The position numbers and the translations under genes are program-made. Below, one piece after another: positions 33,077-57,185 of a stretch of DNA of 64,000 nt. Position 1 is the first letter of the stretch, and the number at the start of each line of letters is the position of its first letter. The notes beneath the pieces were generated by a model. It was not told the origin of the DNA and made no database searches. It worked only from the letters and a program-made list of their open reading frames with translations. Source of the stretch: Octopus vulgaris (taxonomy: Eukaryota); assembly GCA_951406725.2 (NCBI GenBank), contig OX597840.1, positions 35,836,001 to 35,900,000 on the forward strand, written 5' to 3'.

Positions 33077-34149
33077 CAGGCTGAGTAAAAAGTAGGCAAC
33101 GTTTTGAAACATGAAATTTATCAGAATATATTTCAACAATGCAGAAATTTTATTCCTCAAAGTAATTACCATTACAATCAACACATCTTTTACCAACGAG
33201 TTACAAGTTTGTTTATTGCAGTAACATAAAAATCTGGAGTTCTGGAACTGATGAACTCTTTGAATGCACTTTCAGCATCAGTTTGATTTTGGAACACTTG
33301 CTCTATTAGGAAACCATCAAAGTGCTTGAAAAAGTGGTAATCGGTTGGAGAAAGATCTGAGGAATAAGCTGGGTGCTGAAGAACTTCGTATCCAAGTTCC
33401 CTGAATTTCTGGAGCGTCATCAGTAAAACGTGTGGTCAAGCATTGTCATGAAGAATGATTGGTCCTCTTCTGTTGACCATTTTTTGCTCATTTTGGCAAT
33501 TTCATGGCAATATGTTTCTGCAGAAATGGTTTTTCTGGGTTTTAAGAAGATATAGTGGATGAGTCCAGTAGTAAAACACCAAACAGTCACCATAACCTTC
33601 TTTTTGAAGAGTTCGGGTTTAGGGAAAATTTTCGGTTCTTCATTTTGGTCCAACCACTACGAAAAACGTTTTTTATTATTGTACAGAATCCACCTTTCAT
33701 CGCAAGTTACAATACGGTCGAGAAATGAATCAGTCTGGCTACGGACAAGAAGCGACGAGCAAATTTCGTATCTGCGCATTTTCATTCAAATCGTGTTGTA
33801 ACCATTTGTCGAGCTTTTTTGATTTTCCAATCGCATGCAAATAGTTGCAGGCAGTTTTCTGACTAACTTGAAGTTCTTTTGTTCAGTTCTCGAATGGTTT
33901 TACGTGCATCTTTCCCAATGACGGTCTTTAATTAGCCGCCATCGATGACAGATGGGCGTCAACTATGCCCACGATCTTCAAGGTTTAGGTCTCCACTGCG
34001 AAATAGTTTAAACCATTTTCGAACTGACTACTCACTAGTCATTTCTTCACCAAAGGTTTCGTTGATGTCGTGAGCAGTTGCAGCTGCGTTACGATTTTTT
34101 TGAAGTTGAATACCAAAATTGCTCGAATATCGTGCTTTGTCAGTTCCAT
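33074..34149 (-). mobile_element. Mariner transposase pseudogene, Hsmar1/cecropia-subfamily-like, with 3' TIR
   Basis: ATG at 34149 (MELTKHDIRAILVFNFKK), KKKVMVTVW, HPAYSSDLSPTDYHFFKHFDGFL, CVDCNGNYFEE* ending at 33150. TIR tatcaggctgagtaaaaagta at 33074. Several frameshifts and stops. Confidence 0.93.
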
Positions 34150-34199
34150 TTCAGATGATTGTAACAGCGGTGTAAAAATGTCAATGTATTGATGCATTT

Positions 34200-35400
34200 G
34201 GATAAGTCTATGTCTTGTCTAAATAGGGAGTCTTGAAGATAAATTGAGACCAGTTTTAAGCGGTTGACTTAGTGGGTTTAACATTTCATTTTTTGACAAA
34301 ACCTTGCTTGCTTGAAAAACATAATTCGACAACAGAAAGTTATAGAACCACAGAATCGTTCCACCATTCTTGTTTTGGCGTGCGCCGGGCACACTGCAAA
34401 TAGAAATTGTTAAGTTAACGAAACTTCCAAAAGCAACAGTTTATCGTGTGTATAAACAATTTAAAGAAGAGGGGAAGATTGATAGAAAAGAACACAAGAC
34501 TCGAAGTGATTCCAAGCGCCGCAATCCAAAGTTCCTCCTTGGCCTCAAACGTTCGATTGGAGCCAACCCATCCACATCCATGACAACTCTTGCAAAGACA
34601 CGCAATGTATCCCTTTCCACAGTGTCCAGAGCTGAGAACAAGAACCTTGGCGTGACTATGTTCGACGACGACGTCTCCTCTTAACAGCCAAAGCCAAAAC
34701 AATCAGAGCTGAAAGATACCCAAAGCTTCTGTCCTTCATCAAGCATCAAGGTGCAGGAAAAGCTCTCTTGTTTTTTGACGAGAAGTTCGCAGGGGATGCT
34801 GAGGTGAATCGCAGAAATTCTCGAGTGATTACATACAACCAGTCTGACGTCCCTCCCTGTATTTGAGACAAAGAATTCTGCCTCTGTGATGGTATTTGGA
34901 GCCGTGGCGAGTGATGGAAGTGCCATGGATCCACACTTCATTAAATTTGGCTTGAAGATCGTCATAAAGGAGTATCTGGACATCCTGAAGAACTCTCTGT
35001 TACCTTGGATGGCGTAGAAGTTTAGGCTTGACAATGTGGTGCTTATCCAGGATTCTGCACCATGCCATGGGTCAAGAGCAACACAGGCCTTTCTTGCTGA
35101 GAAGGAGCCATTTTTTGTGAGGGCCAACATCTGGCTCAATAACAGCTCAGATCTCAACCATCTCGATTTCGATTGCTTTCTTTGGAGTTTACTTGCTTTC
35201 TTTGGAGTTTACAAGCAAGGACCAATGATTCACCACACTCGAGGGTCAGCAATTTGAAGACCTGCATCGTGCATACGAGACCCAAAATCAAAAAGGTAGA
35301 GGTTGCAGCAGCTGCAAACAAATTTCGTTCTCGTGTGGAGGCAGTAATTGTAATAAATGTTACGTTAAAAATATATATCTGTCTACCATTTTAGTATTAC
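34200..35400 (+). mobile_element. DD37D (maT/Bmmar1-type) Tc1/mariner transposase pseudogene
   Basis: HTH (KATVYRVYKQF, VSLSTVSRA), FFDEKF, SVMVFGAVASDG, QDSAPCH...SSDLNHLD with 37 residues between the 2nd and 3rd Asp. Ends approximate. Confidence 0.88.
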
Positions 35401-35497
35401 TTTAGTATTTATAAACTGTTTTAGGCATCGTAAGAGTTGTCCCAATTTATCTACAATTCCTCTCTCTCTATACACAGATATGTATATATGTCTTATT

Positions 35498-35835
35498 ACG
35501 GAGATGTACTTGCATAGCAAGTGACCTGTTCTGAGATGGTGTGCTGAAGCAAAAACAATTGCAGCGTGGAGGATGCTTGCGAGCCATTTAAGAACATACA
35601 AAAACCGTTAATTTCACTTCAACATTTAAATTTAATTTGTGTCAAAATATACTCGTGGCTTTGAAACCGCGACCTGTTCACTGACAGAACTTGATGCAGC
35701 ACAAAGTTTTATCAGTGAACAGGTCGCGGTTTCAAAGCCACGAGCATATTTTGACACAAATTAAATTTAAATGTTGAAGTGAAATTAACGGTTTTTGTAT
35801 GTTCTTAAATGGCTAGGAAGCATTTTTCACGCTGC
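35498..35835. mobile_element. Fold-back element (~135-bp inverted arms) carrying a G3-C8 hammerhead-like motif in each arm
   Basis: 35561-35695 is the reverse complement of about 35704-35835. Same family at 43162-43452. Confidence 0.8.
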
Positions 35836-35841
35836 TCTTTT

Positions 35842-35900
<59 letters not shown>

Positions 35901-35907
<7 letters not shown>

Positions 35908-36354
35908 AAATCCATTCTGTCTGTCTGTGTGTGTGTCTTCAAGGATCTCGGGCGTCCTCCATTCGATTGCGCTCAAATTTGACATGTAGATACCGACGGT
36001 ATCAGGGCGTGTATAAGTCTTGAAAAAATTACAAAAATCGATTTCAGGTGAGAATGTGATCGTTAAAGCCGTGGGAACGTGCATTTGTACGCGCAAGTAC
36101 ATCAGCTGTTGCGATGTACTTACTGGTACTTTAAACTCTTCGGTTGCATATTTGTGTGAATAAAATTGTTTTTCTCTGCAATAGAAAAAAAGTCTATCTT
36201 TATTTCTTCTTTTGCTGGTGTCTCAAATTTAGGTTAAATCAGTATTTCTCAAAGAGGAGGCCTCTGGGACGGTCGGAGAAGTTGTTTTGAGAAAATTTGG
36301 TTTAAATGTTTGACAACTCAGCACCGTCCATTGGACGAGGGGTCGTTTTGCTCC
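35901..36354 (+). mobile_element. Non-autonomous Helitron
   Basis: 5' tatataaaat...tctgtctgtctgt; 3' hairpin cgtcca-t-tggacg plus degenerate CTRR. Inserted in (TA)n. Partial second copy at 1362-1641. Confidence 0.72.
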
Positions 36355-40327
<3,973 letters not shown>

Positions 40328-40844
40328 TTATAACAATGTAGTTTTCTGATTTTTGCTATCTCCTCGTTTCCTTGTATCGTAGAATACCAAAGGGCAGCGT
40401 CTGTACTTATCAATGCTTTCTTTCTCTGGCACCAGATGGCACAATTGTCATATCAGCAATTTTGAACAAAACCCAGGAATCTGTTAGAAAAATAACTTCT
40501 CTCACCTCTCTCTACAAAAGACAAAAAACATAAAACAAAAACGAAAACAACCACCCCACGAAAAATATTGAAAAAAAAAAACCCTCAAAGAAAACAAATA
40601 TAGCTCTAAACAACAACAATAACAAACAAACAACAATCACTTATTTCCAGGAGCGACATACCGCCATTAATATGCAATACATTAAGATGAAGTCTTTTTT
40701 CTCAGTTGTCAAAACAACCGAAATTTCTTGATGAAATCTGAAACGGAAGATTTTTGCCAAATGCGTGTTTGGAATTAATCATCGGGATAGGAGAAACTTT
40801 TATTGAGGTGAAAGGAAACGAAACCAAGTGGAAGTCTCGTGACT

Positions 40845-40949
40845 TATCATCATCATCGCCATCATCATCATCCTCACCATCATCATCATCACCATCATCA
40901 TCGCCATCATCATCATCATCACCATCATCACCATCACCATCATCATCAC

Positions 40950-40995
<46 letters not shown>

Positions 40996-41078
40996 GCCAT
41001 CATCATCATCCTCACCATTAAGATCATCACCATCATCATCGACATCATCATCATCATCACCATCACCATCATCATCAC

Positions 41079-41127
<49 letters not shown>

Positions 41128-41292
41128 GCCATCATCATCGTCGTCGTCGTTGTCTTCATCATCATCATCGTTATCATCATCATTGTTATCATCATCATCA
41201 TCGTCATCATCATCATCATCGTTATCATATCATCATTATCATCATCATCGTTATCATCGTTGTCGTCGTTGTCGTCATCGTCATCATCATCG

Positions 41293-41329
<37 letters not shown>

Positions 41330-41433
41330 TCTTCTTCTTCTTCTTCTTCTTATTATTATTATTATTAATATTATTACTATTATTATTATCATCCTCACCA
41401 TCATTATTATTATTATTATTATTATTATTTTTA

Positions 41434-41506
<73 letters not shown>

Positions 41507-41868
41507 CATTATTATCATTCTTCTTCTTCTTCTTATTATTATTATTATTATTAGTATACGATGTATTGTTTATTATTTTTGTTTTTCGTCCTTCTTCAGG
41601 AAGAAAAAAAGAAACAAAAGGTTTTTTTCCTTCTTTCCTCTGACCTAAACTTTTGCGTATGGAAATAGATAAAAGTGAGGAAAAGATACCAAAAAAAAAA
41701 CCCCACCCCAAACCCCCCCCCCCAACCCCCCCCCCAAAAACGAAAAACAAAACGCAAAAAGTAACACGAAGATAAATAGATATGTAAAAAAAATATGTTG
41801 GAATCTAGTCAAATATATTTGTAAATTCAAAGATTTTTTAAAACTCGCAGTATCATCACCATCATCAC

Positions 41869-41914
<46 letters not shown>

Positions 41915-42042
41915 GCCATCATCATCGTCGTCGTCGTTGTCTTCATCATCATCATCGTTATCATCATCATTGTTATCATCATCATCATCGTTATCATATC
42001 ATATATATATATATGTGTATATGTGTATGTGTGCGTATGTAC

Positions 42043-42085
<43 letters not shown>

Positions 42086-42177
42086 TATTTGTCTCTATGC
42101 ATATGCATGTATGTATGTATGTGCCTATGTATATATCTATCTATCTATCTATCTGTCTGTCTATCTATCTATCTATC

Positions 42178-42245
<68 letters not shown>

Positions 42246-42254
42246 GTCTATCTG

Positions 42255-42329
<75 letters not shown>

Positions 42330-42342
42330 GTCTGTCTATCTG

Positions 42343-42413
<71 letters not shown>

Positions 42414-42418
42414 GTCTG

Positions 42419-42461
<43 letters not shown>

Positions 42462-42466
42462 GTCTG

Positions 42467-42523
<57 letters not shown>

Positions 42524-42524
42524 G

Positions 42525-42610
<86 letters not shown>
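40845..42610. repeat. (CAT)n/(TTA)n/(TATC)n/(TA)n microsatellites
   Basis: Visible runs. Confidence 0.92.
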
Positions 42611-42612
<2 letters not shown>

Positions 42613-42638
42613 TTATGTCTTTCTATATATGGTTACAT

Positions 42639-42732
42639 GTGTTTGCTTCGGCAGTATATATATTCTAAAATTGGAACGATACAGACGACACGACAGGATG
42701 ACACCCAAATTTGTGAAGCGTTTCATATTTTT
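42639..42732 (+). pseudogene. U6: U6 snRNA pseudogene with internal deletion
   Basis: gtgtttgcttcggcagtatatatattctaaaattggaacgatacaga...aggatgacacccaaatttgtgaagcgtttcatattttt aligns to both ends of U6. The ACAGAGA box is damaged and the AGC triad/ISL segment is missing. Confidence 0.92.
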
Positions 42733-42859
42733 CAAAGCGGTGCTCCAGCATGGTCGCAGGCCTATGACGAAAGCAAGTAAACGATGTAGGTGTATATAGA
42801 TGAATGTTATATTCCAACCCAGACTAATAAGGAAATAGGAAACATCTTTAATACGAAAA

Positions 42860-43068
42860 TATTCTTTTCTACTCTAGGCACAAAGCCCGAAATCTTGTAG
42901 GAGGAGGAGAGGCGATTAGATCGACCCCAGTTCGCAACTGGTACCTAATTTTTCGATCCCGAAAAGGTGAAAGGCAAAGTCGACCACGGCGAAATTTGAA
43001 CTCAGAACGCAAAGACAGATGAAATACCGCTAAGTATTTCGCCCGGCGTGCTAACGTTTTTGCCAGCT
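42860..43068 (-). mobile_element. SINE-A monomer with tail type 2
   Basis: Tail matches the second unit of 12378-12772 (gcctagagtagaaaaga). Confidence 0.88.
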
Positions 43069-43161
43069 ACAAAAACGCAAAACAAAAGACGAAGACGGGT
43101 GTATAAACAACAAACGTATATATATTTAATATACAGATATATATTTATGTATTTATATATA

Positions 43162-43452
43162 TATGGAGATGTACTTGCATAGCGAGTGACTTGATATGAG
43201 ATCCTGTGCTAGAACGAAAACAATTGCAGCATGGAAGGTGTTTATAAGCCATTTAAGAAACACACAAAAAACCGTTAGATTCACTTCAACATTTAAATTT
43301 AATTTGTCAAAGTATTTTCGTTGCTTTGAGACCGCGGAACAGGTCGCAGGACGAAAATATTTTGACAAATTAAATTTAAATGTTGAAGTGAATCTAACGG
43401 TTTTGTGTGTTTCTTAAATGGCTTATAAACACCTTCCACGCTGCAATTGTTT
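43162..43452. mobile_element. Fold-back element, second copy of the 35498-35835 family
   Basis: Arms about 43217-43321 and 43351-43452 are reverse complements. Shared start ggagatgtacttgcatagc. Confidence 0.82.
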
Positions 43453-43463
43453 TATATATATAC

Positions 43464-43962
<499 letters not shown>

Positions 43963-44171
43963 TATATTTATATATACATATGTGTGTATGTATACATATG
44001 CGTACAATACAATATAAATCCCTAGCACAATGCGGTGTAAGTAGATCCCATTTTTAAAGAATAAGGCTCTCAGCATCCAAAGGAAGAAACTGTGTAATTG
44101 ATAAGTTGTGTCTTTTGTTAAAGCAATCGTCAGGATTCGGTCATTTCTCCTGTTTTCTAAGAATACCAAGT

Positions 44172-44815
44172 CAGGCGTGGCTATGTGATAAGAATTTTGC
44201 TTTTCAACTACATGGTTCCGGGTTCAGTTACACAGCGTGGCACCTTGGGTAAGTGTCTTTACCTCGGACTGACCAAAGCCGTGTGAGTAGATTTGGTAGA
44301 CGGAAACGGGTAGTCGAGTGTGTGTGTATGCATATATATATATATATATATATATATAGTATTTAATCATGTCAAAGGGAAATGGAATTTAATTAAAATT
44401 AAAACATTCAATCAAAATTTACATTTCCAGTGGTCTAACGTGCAAAAAAATTAGTCAAGAAGACTATATATTAGAAAGACTATATATTAGAAGGCTATAT
44501 ATTAGAACAGCTAGCTGTTCTTTCTAGCGTGTTGAATTCCCTATAAGTGGAATCCTTATGTGTTTAAATATACACTATATCGTATATATATATATATACG
44601 TGTGTGTGTGTGTGTGCATGTTTGTACCCCGCCACAGCTTGACAAGAGATGTTGGTATGTTTCCGAGACCATAACTTTGCGGTTCGGCAAAAGATTCCGA
44701 TAGAATAAATACCAAGCTTTAAAGAGGTACTGGGGCAGATACGTTCATCTAAAAAAATTGTCCTCAAGGCGGTGTCCCAACATGGCCGCAGACTGGTGGC
44801 TGAAACAAATAAAAA
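44172..44815 (+). mobile_element. SINE-B split by an AT-rich insertion (about 44358-44570)
   Basis: 5' half 44172-44310, 3' half 44615-44815. Confidence 0.8.
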
Positions 44816-45239
44816 AATATGAAATAAAAATAAATATATTCATGTCTTTTATCATTGAATTTGTTCTGGCGTTGAACTGCGGCCATGCTGGGGCACTGCT
44901 TTGAAGGGTTTTATTCGAAGAAATCGACCTCCCTATTTGTCTATTTGTTTCGTTTTTGTTCCTCGTCCGTCCACTAACAGCCTCGTCTGGAATTACATTT
45001 ATTCGTTTTCGTATGTCCACTTCTGTATTGCTTGTTAATCCATTTATTGTTTATCCGTTTTCGTTCTTCGGTCCTCGGTCGCCACCTGAAGGGAAACAAT
45101 ATTATCGTTAAAGGCGTGAAATTACTTTTGACCCTCTGGCCGATAACTGATGCGGACTTGGGGACCTTCTGTATCTGTTGTCCGTTCGTTTGTGCATTCA
45201 ATATACTTTTTAAAACTGATATATATATTAAAAAAATTT

Positions 45240-45284
45240 TTTTATTTGACTGCGGCCATGCTGGAGCACCGCCAATAGTCGAAC

Positions 45285-45336
<52 letters not shown>

Positions 45337-45461
45337 GTCTATCTATCTATCTATCTATCTATCTATTTTACCGAACCGCTAGGTAACGGGGACATAAACA
45401 CACCAACATCGGTTGTTAAGCGATGAAAGGGGGACAAACGCAGACACACAAACATACAAAC

Positions 45462-45503
<42 letters not shown>

Positions 45504-45876
45504 TTGTCTTTACTCTCTTTTACTCTTTTACTTGTTTCAGTCATTTGAATGCGGCCATGCTGGAGCACCGCCTTTAGTCGAGGAAATCGACCCCAGGACT
45601 TATTCTTTGTAAGCCTAGTACTTATTCTATCGATCTCTTTTGCCGAACCACTAAGTTGCGGGGACGTAAACACACCAGCATCCGTTGTCAAGCGATGCTG
45701 CGGGTACAAACACAGGCACACAAACACACACACATATATATATGCATATATACGACGGGCTTCTTTTCAGTTTCCGTCTACCAAATCCACTCACAAGACA
45801 TCGGCCCGATGTAGAAGACACTTGCCCAAGGTGGCACGCAGTGGGACTGAACCTGGAACCATGTGGTTGGGAAGCA
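45240..45876 (-). mobile_element. Two adjacent SINE-B copies (45240-45455 partial, 45500-45876 near complete)
   Basis: Match to 54466-54887. Confidence 0.87.
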
Positions 45877-46199
45877 ATATGCGTGCGTGTGTGTATGTGT
45901 GTGTAATACGTTTGCCTTTTTGCGTCAGTAGAAAAGATGAATATTGGTCGGACAAGACAGAAAATCTGAAGAAAATACAAATATTTGACTTTTCGGAGCC
46001 TTTGGGAGATTTGATATCAAGCAAGGGTACTGAGTGGGGTAGGGGTGGAACGCCAAGGTAGAGGGTGGTGGTGGTGGTGGTGGTAGTTCGTTGGGAGTAT
46101 GGGTGGGTGGGGTGGTGTTTAGTAAGGAACGTGTATCAAAAGAATATTGGCTAAACACTGGTGACAGTAATCGATTGTCGATTATCATGATCGGTGATC

Positions 46200-53790
<7,591 letters not shown>

Positions 53791-54017
53791 AACCTACCTC
53801 AGCTTACGTCGGTAATTGGTTCCAAGATATGCGACTTATCTTGAAAACGAAGTAACACAAAGGCAGCGTTTAAAAAATTATCAGCTAACATTTGCTTTCC
53901 TAAATGGTTTGTATATATTTTCACATTTATTTTGTTTGACTTTTTACACTTAAAAAACTATGTTTTAAATACGTTTATATATTTGTTGTGCAGGATTTTT
54001 TATGTGAAGTCGTGTGT

Positions 54018-54240
54018 TGAAACAGATATTGTTATATTTCGGAATGGTCATTTTGCCAGTTTAGCCAATAAAAACACACGCACTATATATTTGGTGTTAT
54101 TTTGCTTCAGTGTTATAAGATTAAGATTAATGTAAAAAAATAAATAACACTGAAGCAAAATAACACCAAATATATAGTGCGTGTGTTTTTATTGGCTAAA
54201 CTGGCAAAATGACTATTCCGAAATATAACAATATCTGTTT
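54018..54240. repeat. Near-perfect inverted repeat, ~97-bp arms, ~28-bp spacer
   Basis: aaacagatattgttatatttcgg...cagtgttat mirrored by ataacactg...ccgaaatataacaatatctgttt. Confidence 0.92.
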
Positions 54241-54465
54241 TAAATATGTTCAATAAAACCGACGCAAAGTCAGGCAGAGCTATCAAAGCTGATGTTTATT
54301 TTTCCATCACCTTGACGTTAATCCCGCCAGGATAGTTTCTTTCCCTAAATGTGAAAATTGACTATATACAGCACGCGAACTCCACACATATAAGAAGCCA
54401 CATTGGCCGTTGTCTAGTTGAAATATCTCATCTGTACTAGCAACTAGGCTAAACAAATGCCACTC

Positions 54466-54887
54466 CTTACTCTTTACTCTTACTCTTTTACTTGTTTCAG
54501 TCATTTGACTGCGGCCATGCTGGAGCACCGCCTTTAGTCGAGCAAATCGACCCCGGGACTTATTCTTTGTAAGCCCAGTACTTATTCTATCGGTCACTTT
54601 TGCTGAACCGCTAAGTTACGGGGACATGAACACACCAGCATCGGTTGTCAAGCAATGCTAGGGGGACAGACACAGACACACAAACACATACACGCACATA
54701 CACACATATATATATACATATATACGACGGGCTTCTTTCAGTTTCCGTCTACCAAATCCACTCACAAGGCATTGGTCGACCCGAGGCTATAGTAGAAGAC
54801 ACTTGCTCAAGGTGCCAAGCAGTGGGACTGAACCCAGAACCATGTGGTTGGTAAACAAGCTACTTACCACACAGCCACTCCTGCGCC
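54466..54887 (-). mobile_element. SINE-B, complete (tRNA head, CORE-like accttgagcaagtgtctt, internal microsatellite, (AGAGTAA)n tail)
   Basis: A-box-like gtggctgtgtggtaag and B-box-like ggttcagtccc. Multiple homologous copies in the window. Confidence 0.92.
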
Positions 54888-55071
54888 TGAAAAAGAAAAG
54901 TATTTTTGATGAAAAAGAAAAGTATTTTTTCCTGTCTGTAATTATTTTCCATCTATAATAAATATCTTGCTTCATAAAATACTTAATTAATATAATTCGG
55001 GTTATGTCATGCTGGTGGTTTCTAAAAAGAATGAAATAATGCCATACAAGATTATTAATGACTAGAAAGTT

Positions 55072-55214
55072 TGGTTTCAAATTTTGGTACAAGACCAGAA
55101 AGTTCAGGAGACGGGGTTAAGTCGATAACATCGACCCCAGTACGTGACTGGTACTTATTTTATCGACCCCGAAAGGATGAAAGGCAAAGTTGACCTCGGT
55201 GGAATTTGAACTCA
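55072..55214 (-). mobile_element. SINE-A 3' fragment with tail type 3
   Basis: Core match. Tail ...gtaccaaaatttgaaacc resembles those at 18570 and 18975. Confidence 0.82.
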
Positions 55215-56020
55215 TGACTAATGACTGGAAATATTAAGAACTTCGCAACAATTAAGAGAAAAACAATTGATTACTCTAGACTTGTTTTCGTTTTTAATTC
55301 TTTAATTTCCCATTTGAATTTCTAGATCTGCCACATATTGTGAAAAGATTATCTCCCTTGTATTAACTGCCCGCCAGAAGATACCACGTAATTAAATTTT
55401 ACTTGCGCAGTAAGCTGTTCTAATAATTATGTGTTCAAGTAGTCTACGTTTAATTTTGATTACGATCAGTTGAAAATTCATGTAAAGTTTTTATATTTTC
55501 GAATTATCGATTTTACATCTGTGTGGTTATCACTTGTTGAATCTTGTACAGGAAATGGATTCAAACATGGATATTTGAACAGAAATAAAAAAGAAGAATT
55601 AAAATTACAACATTTTACCCGCAGAAAATATAAGAAATAATTAATTTATCAATTTCTGGTGAAAGGAAATTGTTGTGCAACGATTAACTGTATCATTTGA
55701 ACATGTCGATCTGTGACAATTTTCTAATACATTAAACAAGATAAATTTTATTATTTCTTATTGTTGCTCCAGACACATTTTTCAAATAAAAAAAAAAAAC
55801 ACACACACACACATACACAACAAAATAAAGTAAAATACAATAATACAAGAAAATAAATAAAAATACTGGTTTTTATTTACATGGTTTATACAACTTCAGA
55901 CACCAACAATATATGACACAACTTATACGTGATCACTTGAGCTGCTAGAATTAGCAGCCAAATCTATCTCTAATCATTAGGTCTCCTCAAATATTAAGAA
56001 TCATTCTGAGGATTCTTACA

Positions 56021-56356
56021 GAGGAGTGGCTGTGTGGTAAGTAGCTTGCTTACCAACCACATGGTTCCGGGTTCAGTCCCACTGCGTGGCACCTTGGGCA
56101 AGTATCTTCTACTATAGCCTCGGGCCGACCAAAGCCTTGTGAGTGGATTTGGTAGACGGAAACTGAAAGAAGCCCGTCTTATATATGTATATATATATAC
56201 ATATATATATATATATGTTTGTGTGTCTGTGTTTGGCCCCCTAGCATTGCTTGACAACCGATGCTGGTGTGTTTATGTCCCCGTCACTTAGCGGTTCGGC
56301 AAAATAAACCGATAGAATAAGTACTTGGCTTACAAAGAATAAGTCCTGGTGGTCGA
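56021..56356 (+). mobile_element. SINE-B, 3'-truncated
   Basis: Close match to the reverse complement of 54466-54887. Confidence 0.9.
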
Positions 56357-56369
56357 GTGGCACAATTTT

Positions 56370-57180
56370 GCAGGTCAACAACAAATGTCTTAGTTCTGAT
56401 GTCTTTCAGCATCCTAGGTAGAAGTTTAGGTTGTGCCGAGTACACTAGTTATCAAAGGAGCAAATTGTTCCTCTGTGTTCAAAACTTTTTCCATCTCTCG
56501 TGGAAGATCCTGATATTTCTCAATTTCTTTGATTGCCATTCTTCTATCGCATGAGATTGTAAAAGAAAGGACTTTACACGCTTTGTTTTTCTGTTCTGCA
56601 CGACCATATTTGGTCTTCTTGTTCTAATAGTACGACCAGTCTCTATGGAGGAATCCCACAGAATCCTGTAATCTCCATTTACCATGTTAGCACCTGGTTC
56701 GTGTTCCTTGCTAACATACCAATACACACTTTTATCGACAATCATATCTGCATTCATAAACGATTTCGTCATAGCTTTCTGCATTCCCTTAGTGGATGGT
56801 TAATACTTTTGTCTACTTTTCTAGACATTCTGCGTTTTCTGTCTGACTGGTTTTTAATAAAATCTATTCTAATGGCTTGTTCCAGAGCAGCAGTAATTAG
56901 CGATTAAGGTTCCTGCTTCAGGTTTCCGTCTCTCAGCCACAGCCATCGTTCATCTCTTTCAACAACCTCAGTTCGTTGCATGAATTCGCCATGTAGATTT
57001 TTCTCTTTCCTGTTGTTTGCTTTCTAATCTTGGAACCTCTCAATGTGCGATATTTCTCCTCACGCTACGCACAAAATAGTTTCTCAAACCTCAAATCACA
57101 GTATTAATGGCGTTTTCTGCATTTAATAAGCATCTTCTTCCCCCCTCCTTGGTAACTGGAGTTTGTCAATATTACTTTTA
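56370..57180 (-). mobile_element. Decayed R4/Dong-like (restriction-like endonuclease) non-LTR retrotransposon, C-terminal region
   Basis: Minus-strand motifs IDKLQLPRRGGR, LHGEF, WLWLRDGNLK, LITAALEQAIR, decayed zinc knuckle, YRILWDSSIETGRTIRTRRPNMVV (ILWD..I.TD....RRPD). Confidence 0.85.
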
Positions 57181-57185
57181 GAGTG

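Noticed and set aside
42639-42732. Functional U6 gene
   Set aside because: The ACAGAGA box is altered, the AGC triad/ISL is deleted, and the upstream region is microsatellite with no evident promoter.
45060-45200. Twister- or HDV-like ribozyme (ggtccccaagtccg...agaggg on minus; tcctcg on plus)
   Set aside because: Only short motif resemblance. I could not build the required helices or pseudoknots.
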